This document shows, piece after piece, positions 12,416-25,261 of a stretch of DNA of 64,000 bases. Below the pieces are notes generated by a model. The model worked only from the letters and a program-made list of their open reading frames with translations. It was not told where the DNA came from and ran no database searches. The position numbers and the translations under genes were made by a program. The number at the start of each line of letters is the position of its first letter. Position 1 is the stretch's first letter. The DNA comes from Oikopleura dioica (Eukaryota; Animalia; Chordata): positions 5,084,001-5,148,000 of the forward strand of contig OU015567.1 of NCBI GenBank assembly GCA_907165135.1, in the 5' to 3' direction.

Positions 12416-15400
12416 ATGAATTTCCTCGCGATGCAAAATGCCAACATCTCCATGATGCCAGAAGAAGAGGAGCTAATCGTCGACGAGCAGGAGACGATAA
12501 TCACGACACCAGAGTATGAGGAAAATTTCAATGGAATCATGAAGCTCAAGCGCGGGCCGAGGAGGAGGATTTACGCAGGAAAGTGTTTTCAAGAAAATTT
12601 TCGGCTCGAAAACAAGAAAAAAAACGGCAAAAAATTACGAAAATTTTCGAGGAAATTTTGTTGAAATCTGATTGGTCGAAATGCTAAATGCGGAAATCTG
12701 ATTGGTTGAGAAATTAATTAAATTTTCATCAAAAATTTCGACTCAAATCGCGAAAAATAGCTTTTTTTCTGAAACCGGAAGGGATTTTTTATAAAATCGA
12801 CTGAAAATTTGAGTCGAAAAAGCGTAAATTTCTAACCCTTTATTCGAGCTTTTTGAAGGATCATTCAATAAGATAATCGCCCAATAACTTTGTCTGCTAT
12901 CTTGAGACAATTCCGATAAAACCCCGAAAATAATCGTCAGCAGGTGCTTTGAGAATCTTTCGAGCTACGAGCAGTCCGCGATTAGCCCTTGAATAACACC
13001 TGATAAGGCGAAAAATGTTCGGTTTGCGGCGCAGATGGGACCGGATTCAATTATGGAGCGCTCACTTGCAATCCCTGCAAAAGTTTTTTCAGAAGAACTA
13101 TTCTCGAAAACAATCTTTCTCAGGTAAAAAGAATGCTTCCTTCGCTCAGGGTGTAAAGTAATTCTAGCACTGCGAAATTGCCGACACAGGAAAACAATGC
13201 GACATCAAACTTCGACGATTCTGCGCGGGCTGTCGTCTTCGCCAATGCCTTGATTCCGGAATGAGGTGAGTGTTTCAGGCGAAAAAGCGGGAATAAACGA
13301 GTTCTAGAGCGAATTATGTCCGAGAGCTGAATATGAAAAGGATGAAAAGAAGAGTTGGGAAGCTTCCAGCAAAAAATCGGCTCTCAAGATTTTCTGAAAT
13401 TCTTGATCCTTTTCAGGTAAAAAAAAATTTCGACTCGAAAAAAAGCACTAAATTTTACAACAAATGAATAATGAAAGGACACTAATCCTCTGAGAATATT
13501 TTTTATGGGGGAAGTGCTCTTGCTCTGGTTTCAACTAGTTTAACGCTCGTTTTCAGGAAAACTTCTTGTCGATTGTCGAGGGATTCTGGCTTGCCTATCG
13601 CGATTTCCCGATGCTGACGAACGAACAATCGCTGATCCGGACTGATTTCGGTTTAGGAACGGAGAAAATTTTATCCCCTACCTAATTCTTATCCCTTTTT
13701 CGCATCTTGTTCCGAATAGCTATTTTCTCTTCGTTTTTCATTTATGATTTCGATCGCCGATTATTTGATCAACAAGAAAAAAAAACCGGTCAAAAATGAC
13801 TATTCGCCAATTTTCTTTCGTTGGAAAATTCCACGGGTTAAACTTTACCGCGCAATTTAACGACTCTTTCGCTCAAATTATCTCCGAAAAAGGCCTCGTA
13901 ATGTTGTCCAACGACTACAAAATGGTGCACAAGACGACACAAGACGCGATCGTCAGACTTGAATCGCGATTCAGACGCTTCAAGCTTCCAGATCCAAATA
14001 TCGCGAACGGCCTTGCCGGGCTCGAATTCATCAAGGACTTGATTAATCATCATGTGCTTCTTGCGAATCTGCTTCTCTCCATGCTTCCTAATACAAGGTA
14101 AGTTGGACAGACGAGATTGATAGGAGCGACTCGACTTCAGAAAACCGCTTTTTTGAAAGATATTTTATTAGACTTGCAAACATGCTAAACTCCTGTTTTT
14201 TAAAAAAGGCGATTTGTTTAAGAAAAAAAAAGCTGTGGCTAGCAGATTGATAAAAAAGAGTCAAAAACAGGATAGGAAACATGATTGAGAAGCTGGTCCT
14301 GGGAAATTGAATTAACACAGCGATACCCTTATTTCTTCCAAAGCGCTTAAAAAAGGAATGATTGCGGTCTAACATATCGGGTGAGAATTAAGGGCATACC
14401 TCAACTAAAAACCCAAAAAAGCTTGCTCCTGGAAACCTGACCTTTAACGGCCTGTATATCCTTAAGTTTTATATCGACAGATCATCATAAGGCAAAAAGT
14501 TGTAGTCTTGGATTTTATCTTAAAGTTCTCTTTGAAAATAAGGGTGTATCTAAGATAGTTTCGGAGAAAACATTGCTCCTAGCAGGCCCATTTTTGCAAT
14601 TCTTTGGGGGGGGGTCCTTAAATTTGATCAAAAATAATGATATCATTTCAGATGGCAAAAACTCACCGATCACACAAAACGCCGCGTCCTCGTCGGTTCC
14701 GCTATCGAAATCTCTCTCATGCGTTTCGCCGCGCGATACTCTTCCTTGATTTTGGAAATGGCGAATCTCCCCGAAATTCCTGATGCGCTCTTCAAAATCG
14801 CCCACCGCTGCGGGCTCTCAGAATCTTTCGTCAAAGACACGCTCGAGACGATGGGCATGTTTGCCGCTCTTGGTCTCGATTCTTACGAAGAGAGTCTTTT
14901 GGCCAGTGTTGCTGCTGTCAGTCCTGATAGGGGCATCGAGACCGAGTTCGACTTTGAAATTCTATCCGCTCTACAGGTACTTTCAAAATCTTGCTCGAGC
15001 ATTCGTGAAAGCCGCGCAGCGGCTTTTTTGTAAAAGAAGCCGCAAAGCGGCTTTGCTAAAACAAAAAATTTATTTTTTTTTTCTTAGTTTTTGCAAAATC
15101 CCTCTGAATGTCTCCAAATGTCGTTAAATGTCAAGAAATGTCTATAAATGTCTCAAAATGTCTGTTTCCTTGATAATATATTTCTTAATATTTGACATTT
15201 TTTGACATTTTTTGACATTTTTGGACATTTTAAGACATTTGAAATAAGGGAGTGAAATCAGTATTAAAAGTTTTTAAAGCCTATAAAACTGGCTTATCCA
15301 TCACCTGAGCCAGCTTCATTGCCGGATGTTTTTGAAGAAGAGAATAATAAATTCAAGCCTAAACCATTTTTTCTTCTATTTTTATAGCCCTTTTACTGAA

Positions 15401-15703
15401 ATTGATCGCATTCTTTAGGAGACAATGATGATGACTTTACGAATAAAGTTCCACATCAGCGAGCGACCGGAATCCTTTCTCGGAAGAATTGTTGCCTTTT
15501 TAACGGTAAGATTGAAGGAAAAAATGATTTCTGAGAAAATTTTCTAGCGTCTTCGAAAATACGCGCACGAGCAACAGCCTCTGTGGGAAAAGTTCATTTA
15601 TCACCGCAATATCATCATGACGCCAAGTGCTCTTGAAAACAAGCCATCTCGATGTGGGATTGACTACATTTGCCAGTCTGCTGATCTTTTAAGCCGTCCT
15701 TGA
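12416..15703 (+). CDS. nuclear hormone receptor, divergent NR1H/NR1I-like (DBD + LBD), about 9 exons
   Basis: Spliced DBD: GEKCSVCGADGTGFNYGALTCNPCKSFFRR | HCEIADTGKQCDIKLRRFCAGCRLRQCLDSGM. LBD signatures: LPNTRWQKLTDHTKRRVLVGSAIEISLMR (H3-5), LGLDSYEESLLASVAAVSPDR (H8-9), FLGRIVAFLTRLRKYAHEQ (H10-11). Stop at 15701-15703. Confidence 0.9.
15105..15243. repeat. GACATT/AATGTC 10-bp-period foldback array in the nuclear receptor intron
   Basis: About 7 AATGTC units, then 5 inverted GACATT units at 10-nt spacing. Homologous arrays at about 15987-16036, 16757-16856, 17583-17790, 18519-18720, 20160-20432 and 34107-34200. Confidence 0.8.
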
Positions 15704-17167
15704 GTTCATTTTATTTATTGAAAAAATAATAATAATAATTGTGCATTTTAACGATTTTGTCTACTGTCTATTAAAAATGGCCAAACTATGTGACGAAGCA
15801 GATGCTCATAAATAACAATAAAAATGATTATTTATAAGTGCAGATTTAAGTGTCGACTCAGACCTGCGGCCGTTTAATAAAATTAATGAGGTGATTTTTA
15901 AGGTTTCTTTTTAACGATTGTCTGTTGTCTTGTTTTAAAACAAAGTGATAAATAAGATGCCAGAAAATATGATTGTTTCTCAACGCCAAATGTCTTGAAA
16001 TGTCTCCAAAAATCAATGAATGTCTTCAAATGTCAATAAATATCATTAAGGAGGTACGGGGCGGTTTGGCGAAAATTCGAATTTTCAAATTTTCTTTCCA
16101 TTTTTAGATAGCTCAGGTCAAGAGCAACAAAAAAGGTCTCTATGTTTTTTTCTCATCGATAGAGAAAGATAGTGAAAAATGGGATTGAAAGTTGGCGTTT
16201 TCATGAAAACTTGCGAAATTATATTTTTCAATGTCTTAAAAATTGAATTATTTCTATATTTTTGGATAGTTCACGACTTGTTAAGTATTTTTGATAATGA
16301 CAAGGACAGAATTATCTTACTGTATTACGAGATAACTTAATTTCGAATAGCAATTTTTGGACGTTTTGAGACCCAACTTTCAATCGAAAGCTTACAATAA
16401 GCATTTTTTGAGAAAAATTAAATTCCTTCAATTCAACCCTAGAACAGCGATGGAAGTTTCTTTTTATCGTCTTAGTTTTAAAAAATAAAAATATTTTCAT
16501 TCAAAAAATCGCGTTCAAAAATGACGCAAAATGACGATTTTCACGGACATGACTTGGAGTCGAGGTCATTATGGCCAAAATCCCTTAATCATTTTTTCTG
16601 AAAAAATTTTCAACTCTAGTTTAGGGTCCAATCTATAAATAGAACAAGAGTTTTTAAAAATTTTATTACCCATCTGAGCCTGAGGGCTGTTTGAAAATGG
16701 TCAATTTGCCAAAAATTGCCCCACACCTCCTTAACTCTCAATTTTCAAAACAAACATTTTACGACATTTTTGGACATTTCAGGACATTCGAAGACATTCA
16801 AGGGAATTTTTCAGGCTTCCGAAATTTATTGACATCACGATGTCAAATGTCTCATTTTCAAGATTTCATTTTACTTTTTGTTTCAGAAAATTTTTTTTCT
16901 GAAAATTTGGTGATATGAATAATTTATTTTATTTAGATACAGTTTAAAAGGTTTGCAAGAGAATTTCTTCTGAAAAGACGACTTCTTCTCATATTTCAAT
17001 TCGCTTTGTTGAAATTTACAGTAGTGCAGAAGTGGGGTTGTGGAGTTATTTGGAAACTGGAATTGGCGGTGATCGAGTTTTCGGGAGCTTTGTACAAGGG
17101 CCTTAATTTTTAAGAGCGAGAGGGTCGTTTTTGATTTTGTCAAAAACGAAGTAAATATGAAATAAAA

Positions 17168-20100
17168 TTAACAGGCGATCTTGTCTTTTGCTTCGCCGGG
17201 GCAATCGTAGCCGGGGATTCCTCTTCGTCCATCTGCTTCTGGTCCGGTCTTTTAAAAGGTACCAAATAGAGTTTCCCACAAATTCAAATTGAGGTCTCGC
17301 GGGTCACGTGGCTCCCCGGAAGCAATTCAGAATTACCCTGCAATCAGAGAAAATTGTGAGCGACCCGGGTTAATTCAAATTTACTTTTTCCATTTGCAAC
17401 CATTCCTTTGCTTCGTAAAATGTCTCGTCAACCAAGCAATCTCGAACTCGAACTTGCTTTCCGAAAACGCATTCTCCGACATTTTCCCAGGCAGTCCACT
17501 CGGCACAGGTCAGGTCTACTCCATAGTTGAAGGCTGAAAATGAAAGTTCAAGTTATTACGACATTATTTATTAATAAACAAATGAGACATTTGACATCGT
17601 GATGTCAATAGATCTTGAAATCATCAAAAATCTCTCTGAATGGCTCCAGATGTCGTCAAATGTCAAGAAATGTCTACAAATGTCTCTTAATGTCTGTTAC
17701 GGCGTTGATTTATTTTTTTTAGATTCGACGACATTAATTGACATTTGTGTACATTTCGGGACATTTGAAGACATTTTCAGACATTCAAGACTAACTTAAA
17801 ATTATGAATATTTCAAAACATCGAAAATCATAACAAATGTCTGAGAAATGAATCGAAAACGACTTGTTTTGAGTTTGATAATAATTAGTGCCGATGCTCT
17901 GCAAAACTCGATAACGACTTGTTTGATAGCTTGTCGACATCAAAGCTGATGGTAATTATGATCGAGCGGGTAATTTATATTTAGACACGAGTTCAAGTTC
18001 TTACCAGTTCCTTCCACGACATCGTCGTTTAACCCAGACCAGCGGCAGTGGTCGCCGTCGCACATGCACTCGTAGAACGATGGGGACTTGGCTTTCCAGG
18101 CGGCGAGGGCGGCTCCTTGCATTTGTTTTGGCTGACGAGCACCGCTAGAAAAGAAGCATAAGATGAACGATCAAAGCTCAAAGATGCCCTACCTGCATGT
18201 GACCTTCTTGCATCGCTCTCCAGGGTAGAAGTATTCGTGCCCATCGTTGTCCATGTATTTGTTGTCGCCCCACATGTAGTTCTTTCTGCACCTGTACAAG
18301 TCAAAGATGTCATTTCCTTGGCAGCCTCGTGGGCATTTCGGGATGGCGGAAACAGCGCGATTTTCTAGAGTCAAGAAGATCAATCTCAAAGTTTGAAGGG
18401 ATGAATTATTACCTTGTTTCACCCAGTTGCAGTTCAGGCCAGAAGAATCGCAGGAGCAAATTGCATTGGATTCTGGAGAATGGTTGAAAATGAGATAATA
18501 TATTAATCAAAACTAAACGACATTGACATTTGTGGAGATGTGACGACATTTGGGAATATTTAACGACATTTGGGAACATTTAACGTTATTTGGAAATGTT
18601 TGAAGACATTTGAAGACATTTAACGACATCTTGAGATATTTTGAGACATCTAGCGACATTTAGAGACATTTAAAGACATTGGAAGACATTTAACGACATT
18701 TGGAGACATTTAAAGACATTAAGGTCTTACTTGAAACAGTAGGGTTTTTTCGACTCAAAATCTGTGCTAGGACCCGCAACAGTGACCCTGGATGAGCTTT
18801 AATCCTGAAATAGAACACGTGCTCTGCGTCGGATTTGACTATTTGGCAGGTCACGTCACGGAACCAACTTTTTCTGTCAAACCGCGCGTACTACCAAAAC
18901 TTGTTTCTCTTTGATAACGTCGAAATGAAAAGGGATGAAGGAAAACATTCTTGTATAACAAAATAATGCCCCTGAAGATGTTTCTTTTCAACCATTTCCT
19001 GAAGTATGCGAGTTTTTGCCGTAGCAAGAGATCTGCTCGCAAGTGGTGCCTTCCGCAAAGCGATCGTTTTCCATTGGATTTGTACATTTTTTGAAGTTGA
19101 GCGGTTGGTACTGAAAATAAACTCTAAGTTGTGAAAACAAACGTGCGGACGTGGGATCAGAGACACGACAGTCCAATTTTCAAAACAGCCGTCGCCGAAA
19201 AACCCAAGTTCAAAGCTCAAAAAGCCAAATTCAAAAATTCAAGAAAAAAAAATTTTATTATAATTTATTTTTTTTTATGAAAATTGAGTTGAATCTTAAT
19301 TGATCCAAAAAGAAAAACACGAAAAATTTTAATCCTTTTTCGAAATATTTTTTCGGCAAGCAAAATCTCAGCGCGGCCGAGTTTTTTGAAATAATATTCA
19401 CTTTGCGGCGGCTTGCGGATTCCATCTGATTCCGCCAGCGAGTTAATCGACCCAACACTGAGCTCAAATTCGATGAAATTATTTTTTTTTGAATCAGCGC
19501 TGTTCAACTCATTTTTTCTTAATTTTTTGATGATAACTCTCTTCAGAGTGAAACATCATGGAATATTCTAATTTTTATCTCGAAAACCTTAATTATCGGA
19601 AAAATCAATTTTCAAAAAATCAAACCAACATTATGGGTTTCGATTTTTACCTGGTAAATGTCAGAAAATTGATCATATTTCTGCGTCTTTGGGTCGTAAG
19701 TTCCAACGATGTCGCCCCTCGGGTAGATGCTGCATCCAATGTTTGCTAAACAAAATCAATTAAAAAATGCAGCTTTCAGAAGCTCTCACGGTGGTGGAGC
19801 TCAAACTAGAATTCGGAATGTTATCATTTTCGCGCTAAAAACGTGCCCGGCGCTTATCACCAGCCACCGCAGGTTATGATTTTTATCGGGGGTTCGCAGA
19901 GGGGTACGATATTCTATTTCCGCGAAGGTACAGAATTTTGCCTCTTTTTGGACATGTTTAGAAGGACAACAGCGCGGCGGGTAAAAACGAGCTGGAAACA
20001 CGCGGTCTTAGGACCGGACGAGCGCTTTTCCGAATGCATTAAATATGAGGTCAGGCGTTTAAGCATTTGCATACTAAATACGCAAGAAAGTATATTTCTA

Positions 20101-23100
20101 TTTCTGTTTTCATTTTTTCTGACACTTTGAAAATTCGAAATTTTGAATGTTACATTCACTGACATCATGAGACATCCAAGATCAAAGAGACATAAAATAT
20201 AATGTCAAAATCATCAATTCACAATGTGACATTATCAATGTCAAATATGAAATGTGTTTCAAATGCGTCTTTTAATTCGACATCGAATGTCTTCAAATGT
20301 CAACTGATGCCTAAGAGTACATTTACATTTTAGTTGGCAAGAAGACATTCAAATACATTAAGAGACATCATTTGACATTTAAAGACATTTGAAGACATTT
20401 GAAAACTGATGTCAAATGTTGACTTTTTTAGAGACATCAAAAGATATTCAATTCAAAGTGCAAAGAAAGAAATGTCGTTTTTCAAAAGAAAAAAATAATT
20501 AAAAAAAATTCTTTCCTCCTTCCAATTTCTGGGCCCGGTGCTCGTTTCTTACATCATCAAAAATGCAAGAATCCGTCTTAAACAAGTGTCCGTGACGGGC
20601 CGCTGTCTTAGGAAATAAATTCACGGGATTCTGTCTGACGTAGCTCGCGGTTTTCAAGATAATCTGACGCTTTCGAGCCTTGAAAAAAATCAAAGTTTCG
20701 AAACTAATTGAAAAACAAGAAAACCCGACTTTTTTTAAAGATAAAACTTTTCGAACAACGCTTAAATAGAAGAAGATAAGAAAATCGATGTTAGGCTAGG
20801 TTCAAGCTTATTTTCTCATGATAGCTCATGATATAGCTAGAAAGAAATGGCAGCAATTTTCTAATGCCGAAAATGCTCGAGCCGGTCATGAAGAGATAAT
20901 CCAAATTCCAGTCGGTCCTAATTGCAGTTTCCGAATACACAAGCCTACAATTTCCTTGCCAAAAGTACGAAAACGGGTTATTTTAAAGATAAGCATCCAT
21001 GAATACAGAGTTTCGAACGGACACCATAAAAGGAGTTTTTCTGTGGCAAATTTATAATTTCACTTTTTCAATACCCACGAATAAATTCATTAAGATCCGA
21101 GAATAGTGTCTTGTAACTGAGCGTTTTTTCAAGAAAAAAATAGAACTAAAAGTAGCGCTTTAAAAACCACCGAAATATTTCCAAGGAATCGTAATTCTTC
21201 TGATCTCATGCATTTTCGCGCGACATGGTTTTATCAAAAACTTACAAGAAATTTCGACAAGCGATCCGAAATTAAAGTACTGCGTGTTATCGAATGTACC
21301 CGTATCGGTAGTACCCGGCCGGAGAGAAGATTCTTTCGAGAAAGGATTAAGCTGCTCCCTTGAAAAGTTTGTTGTGGAAATCGAATTTGGGTGTTGGTGA
21401 CACGACTCGCAACCGAAATTGGATAAAGAATAAACCCAATGCAGTGAGCGCGCCTTCTTTTTATGCGCGGGTTCTATTTTTTATGAAACAAATTCGACAT
21501 CGAAATTAAGGGTTTCACAGCCTTTAGTGATACCCTTATTTTGAGTCCCCTACAGTTAAAAATCGTGTTAAGATAAGGATGTGTCAGAAATCGACGAAAA
21601 ATCTCGACAAATTTTGCGTGGGCGGTTTTTTGGTTGCTGATTGGTCAGTCTGCCGGATCCAGGCTTCTGATTGGTTGAAACTTTCAACGAAAAATTTGTC
21701 GGGATTTTTGTCGTTTCCTGACTCCTTCCCTCCTTAACACCATTTATAACAGTGCGAGAATTAAAATAAGGGTATCACTAGCTTAACTCGATGATTTGAA
21801 AAAGTTTCGGAAAACAAGAAGCGTTCTTTTACGTGACCTCTTTGATTTCGCGTGCACGTCGAAGTCCTTTCTTACAAATCCTCGAAAATCTTTGTTGATC
21901 CTTAAAATGCCCGGCAATTTATTCTCCCGAAGGATCAGTCAATTGACCCCTCAAAATGCTTCATGTTTCAGCTGAAAACAAAAAAAAGAACTTTGAAGGA
22001 CGAAAAATAGCTTGTTTTGTAATTGGTCAAGCTAACAACTGTGTTCAAATTCTTGACCCCCTAGCACGTCACTTTCTCATGTCGCTTCTGACATTCTAGC
22101 GCTCAGAGCCCAAAGCTCAAAAACCCGCAAGGACGGATTTCTTTGCGGCGATGATGCTCCACCATCAAAAAAGAGAGTCACCCTTCCATGCTTTGACCGC
22201 ATAATTTCAGGACGCGCCTGTCGGTTTTCAGAAACGCTTACGCCCTGGTTGGCAACCAGCACGTAATTCTGTTTATTTTGTAAAGTGAATTACAGTGAAA
22301 CCCCAACTTAAGGCCCAGCAACTTAAGGCCACTTTTTTGAAAAAAACCCAAAATCTGTCATCCGAAAAAAATCCAACTTAAGGCCACTTTTTTCCATTTT
22401 TATTCACAGTAAGTAAATCGCAGGAAAACAGGCGAGAAATGGGGAAGATAAGATATTTTTCGTAAAAATTTTCTTGGAATTTCTTTCATATATGTTATAA
22501 AGAAACTTTTATAGTTGAAACTGTCTGTAGACATGATAATAACGAGAAAAAAATTCTAAATTTTGATTCATCAAGGAAAAATTAAAACCGTGAAATTTGA
22601 GTTTACAGGCCTGCAAAGCCTGTGAAACCCGTAAAACAGGACCTGTTCCTGTGTTTTTTATCCTGTCCTGTTTCCAGATGGGCCAAAAAAAATCCCTGTT
22701 CCTGTGTACAGGATTCCGAGGCCAGATTCAGTCCCTTGCTCCAGAAATAGAAAAATTTTAGCGTCATCCAACTTAGTTGGAGAATCACCCAACTTAAGGC
22801 CACTTTTCAAATTAGCTGTCATCCAAAAAGTGGCCTTAAGTTGGGGTTTCACTGTACTTACCGCCCTGTCAGCCGGCTAAAACCACTTTTTCCCGAATGA
22901 AGAAAAATTATATTCAATCCAAAATAGAGTCCAAATCTTCTTTCGTAGAAAATGATCTGCTCAAGAGCCGAGAAGCCGCTTGCGGCTTCGAGTCAAATTG
23001 AAAAAGCCGCTCTTTGCGCGGCTCAATTAATATTTACTCGAAGCCACAAGCAGCTTTTCGTTTAAGAGCAAATAATTTTCTACGAAAGAAATTTATGACT

Positions 23101-24111
23101 TAACGAATTTTTAAAAAAGCCGCTTGCGGTTTTGAGTAAATCTGGCATACAGGTTTTCTACACAAGTTTCCAAGCCAAAATATTAAGGAGCCAGAGGTTA
23201 TTTAAACTAAAAACAATATTTTCGGATATTAACCGGGTCTATTCTACCCCCTTACTTGTAGAATACTATCACCGAATACTATCAGTTCCTGATCCTTTCC
23301 AGAGCCAGAGGGAGCCTCCGGAGACAACCTTTGTTTTAAGAAAACCTCCTTATCTCTTGGCGATAAGACGGAGCGCAGCGGGGGATAGCGAGTACGGAAT
23401 GAGGCAGTCTGCGGTAGAAAGTTGATAAACAAAAGATTTGGAAGTCAAGAATGACTTCTTAGACAGCGGTTTTTTCTTTTGATTAAAGAAAAACATGAAC
23501 TCGTGGCTTTTCAAAATATACATTTTTGGCAAAAAAAGTAGCAAAAAAATCATGTTTCTTTTTCTCAAGAAAAAGCTTTTTCTAAAAGGTATTTCTTATC
23601 TGCGACAGTTTCGAGCAGCAAAGAAGCCTAAGACCCGTCTTGGGCGGAGTGGCTGAACAAGCACAAGTAGCCTCGTCACAGAATTCACGAGCGTCATTAG
23701 TCCGGAACGTTGGTGGAGTACCATCACTCAACAAATATCCGCGACACGGAGCCGGGCGCCTTAATCTTTCGACGTACGATTCCTCGCGCTCACGAAAATT
23801 TGTTTCTCATTAGATTCAATAAACGTGGTACTTTGGATTCTCATTATCGCGGTTTGGCCGAAAATTGAAGAAGTGGATCTACCTCGAAATTTTACCACAA
23901 ATCTGAGCTGATTTTTTGTTCAAAAATAAAATCCAGTTTCTCCTTCAAAAGTTGGCAAAGTCATTTTTCTCCGTCTCAAATTGCCTTTCTCCATTTTCTA
24001 TTATATAAGCTCCCCTCAATCAGCACGTCCGCTCGCAACCGCAAAACAACCACTCACGAGCACGTGGTGTTTTTCGAAGCTCAAGAGGAGCAGCGCGCTC
24101 GTGATGATCAT
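17168..24111 (-). CDS. secreted Cys-rich protein with C-terminal thrombospondin type-1 repeat; many small exons, 5' extent uncertain
   Basis: 3' exons splice in frame: AICSCDSSGLNCNW | KCPRGCQG...RCKKVTC | FYECMCDGDHCRW | TCAEWTAWENVGECVFGKQVRVRDC | YDCPGEAKDKIAC* (TSP1 WxxW...RxRxC...C). Candidate signal exon MIITSALLLLSF at 24111; intervening exons could belong to a second gene. Confidence 0.7.
18519..18720. repeat. long GACATT 10-bp tandem array (intronic)
   Basis: About 18 GACATT-like units, e.g. gaagacattt gaagacattt aacgacatct. Confidence 0.85.
21525..21780. mobile_element. MITE with TAGTGATACCCTTATTTT terminal inverted repeats, carrying paired CCAAT boxes
   Basis: Perfect 18-bp TIR (21525-21542 / 21763-21780). 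Related solo ends at about 10693 and 27059-27075. Confidence 0.75.
22293..22854. mobile_element. Tc1/mariner-type MITE, family A copy 2 (inverted relative to copy 1)
   Basis: Same TIR and TA TSD. Interior is the near-identical reverse complement of 3371-3943; even the spurious ORF MALSWVILQLSW recurs. Confidence 0.93.
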
Positions 24112-24914
24112 GAGCAGCTCGCGGCGGCGTGGATAACGTTCAAAGCGCCATTTTCACAAGTAAATATTTTGGAAACGAAGTACTGCTTCGCGGCGACGGG
24201 AAAACTATAAATTTTCGGGCGCGGAGGAAATTTTGGAAAAATTTGGCGACGACAAGCACGTGCTTTGCGGGGAGGAGGAGGAGGAAAGATGGGTGACAGG
24301 CTGTTTAGAGAGGTGTTGACCGTTTTCGAGGAAGTTTTTTATAAAAAAATTTGAAGAAAAAAACTTCGAACTCCGCATGGTTAAGAAAATTCATTCGATT
24401 TTGAAGGGCGTGGTTCGTTTTTGAACCCCCATGCCATTTCGAGGCGTTGGAATTTCTCTCAAGCTTACGTAATTAACGAAGAAATGAGCTCAAAATATTT
24501 TTAGAAGACATCCTCCAGCTCAAGTCAGAAAGAAGACTGTTAGAATCGCCGTCAAACGAAGCCTGAAATCGATATACAGGAGACGAATAAGAAGTTTGTA
24601 ACAGAGGCTTTTTGACTTGCGGCTTGTTTGACTAAGTGCTGGGAATTTTGCTTCCACGGGGTAGATCACTGATACTCTTGACTTTCTACGCTGGAATTTT
24701 TCGTATCGACATGACTTTCAAGAGAACTATTCTAGAGATAAAGGGGATGTGGAAGGAGATTCATTATTGGTTTAATTTTTAAAGTTTTTCCGAAAAAATA
24801 TATAAGCAAGGGAGATCCTTAATTCTCAATTATAAAAAAACTATCAAATTTGAGTCGAAAATGTCTAGCAGACATTTCGATGTCACATTGTCTACAAACA
24901 TGCAGAAAATAATA

Positions 24915-25261
24915 CAGTCAAAACGCACGATTCCGGAACGCACAATTCCGGAGATTTTCGACAAAAAATCGAACTTCGGGCATTTTTTAAGAAAAATACG
25001 GGGAATCTCAGCTTGTGTTTTTGATTTTTTCATGTTTTTCTGTAAAAGAAATGTCCGTTTTATGAAATTTTTGCCTTTTCTTGGCATTTTCAAAGGAGGA
25101 AACCTCGAAAACTCGGTTTCGGCCTCTAGGTTCGGCCATAGTGAGCTTGGTCCAATAAAAACAGATTTTTTGAGAGGAGAAAAATTTTTCGAAAATCCGC
25201 ACAATTCCGGAGATTTTGCCATTTTCGCTGAAAAAAGTTCCGGAATTGTGCGTTTTGACTG
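24915..25261. mobile_element. Tc1/mariner-type MITE family C
   Basis: TA|CAGTCAAAACGCACGATTCCGGAAC ... GTTCCGGAATTGTGCGTTTTGACTG|TA, with internal direct repeat CGCACAATTCCGGAGATTTT. Confidence 0.9.
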
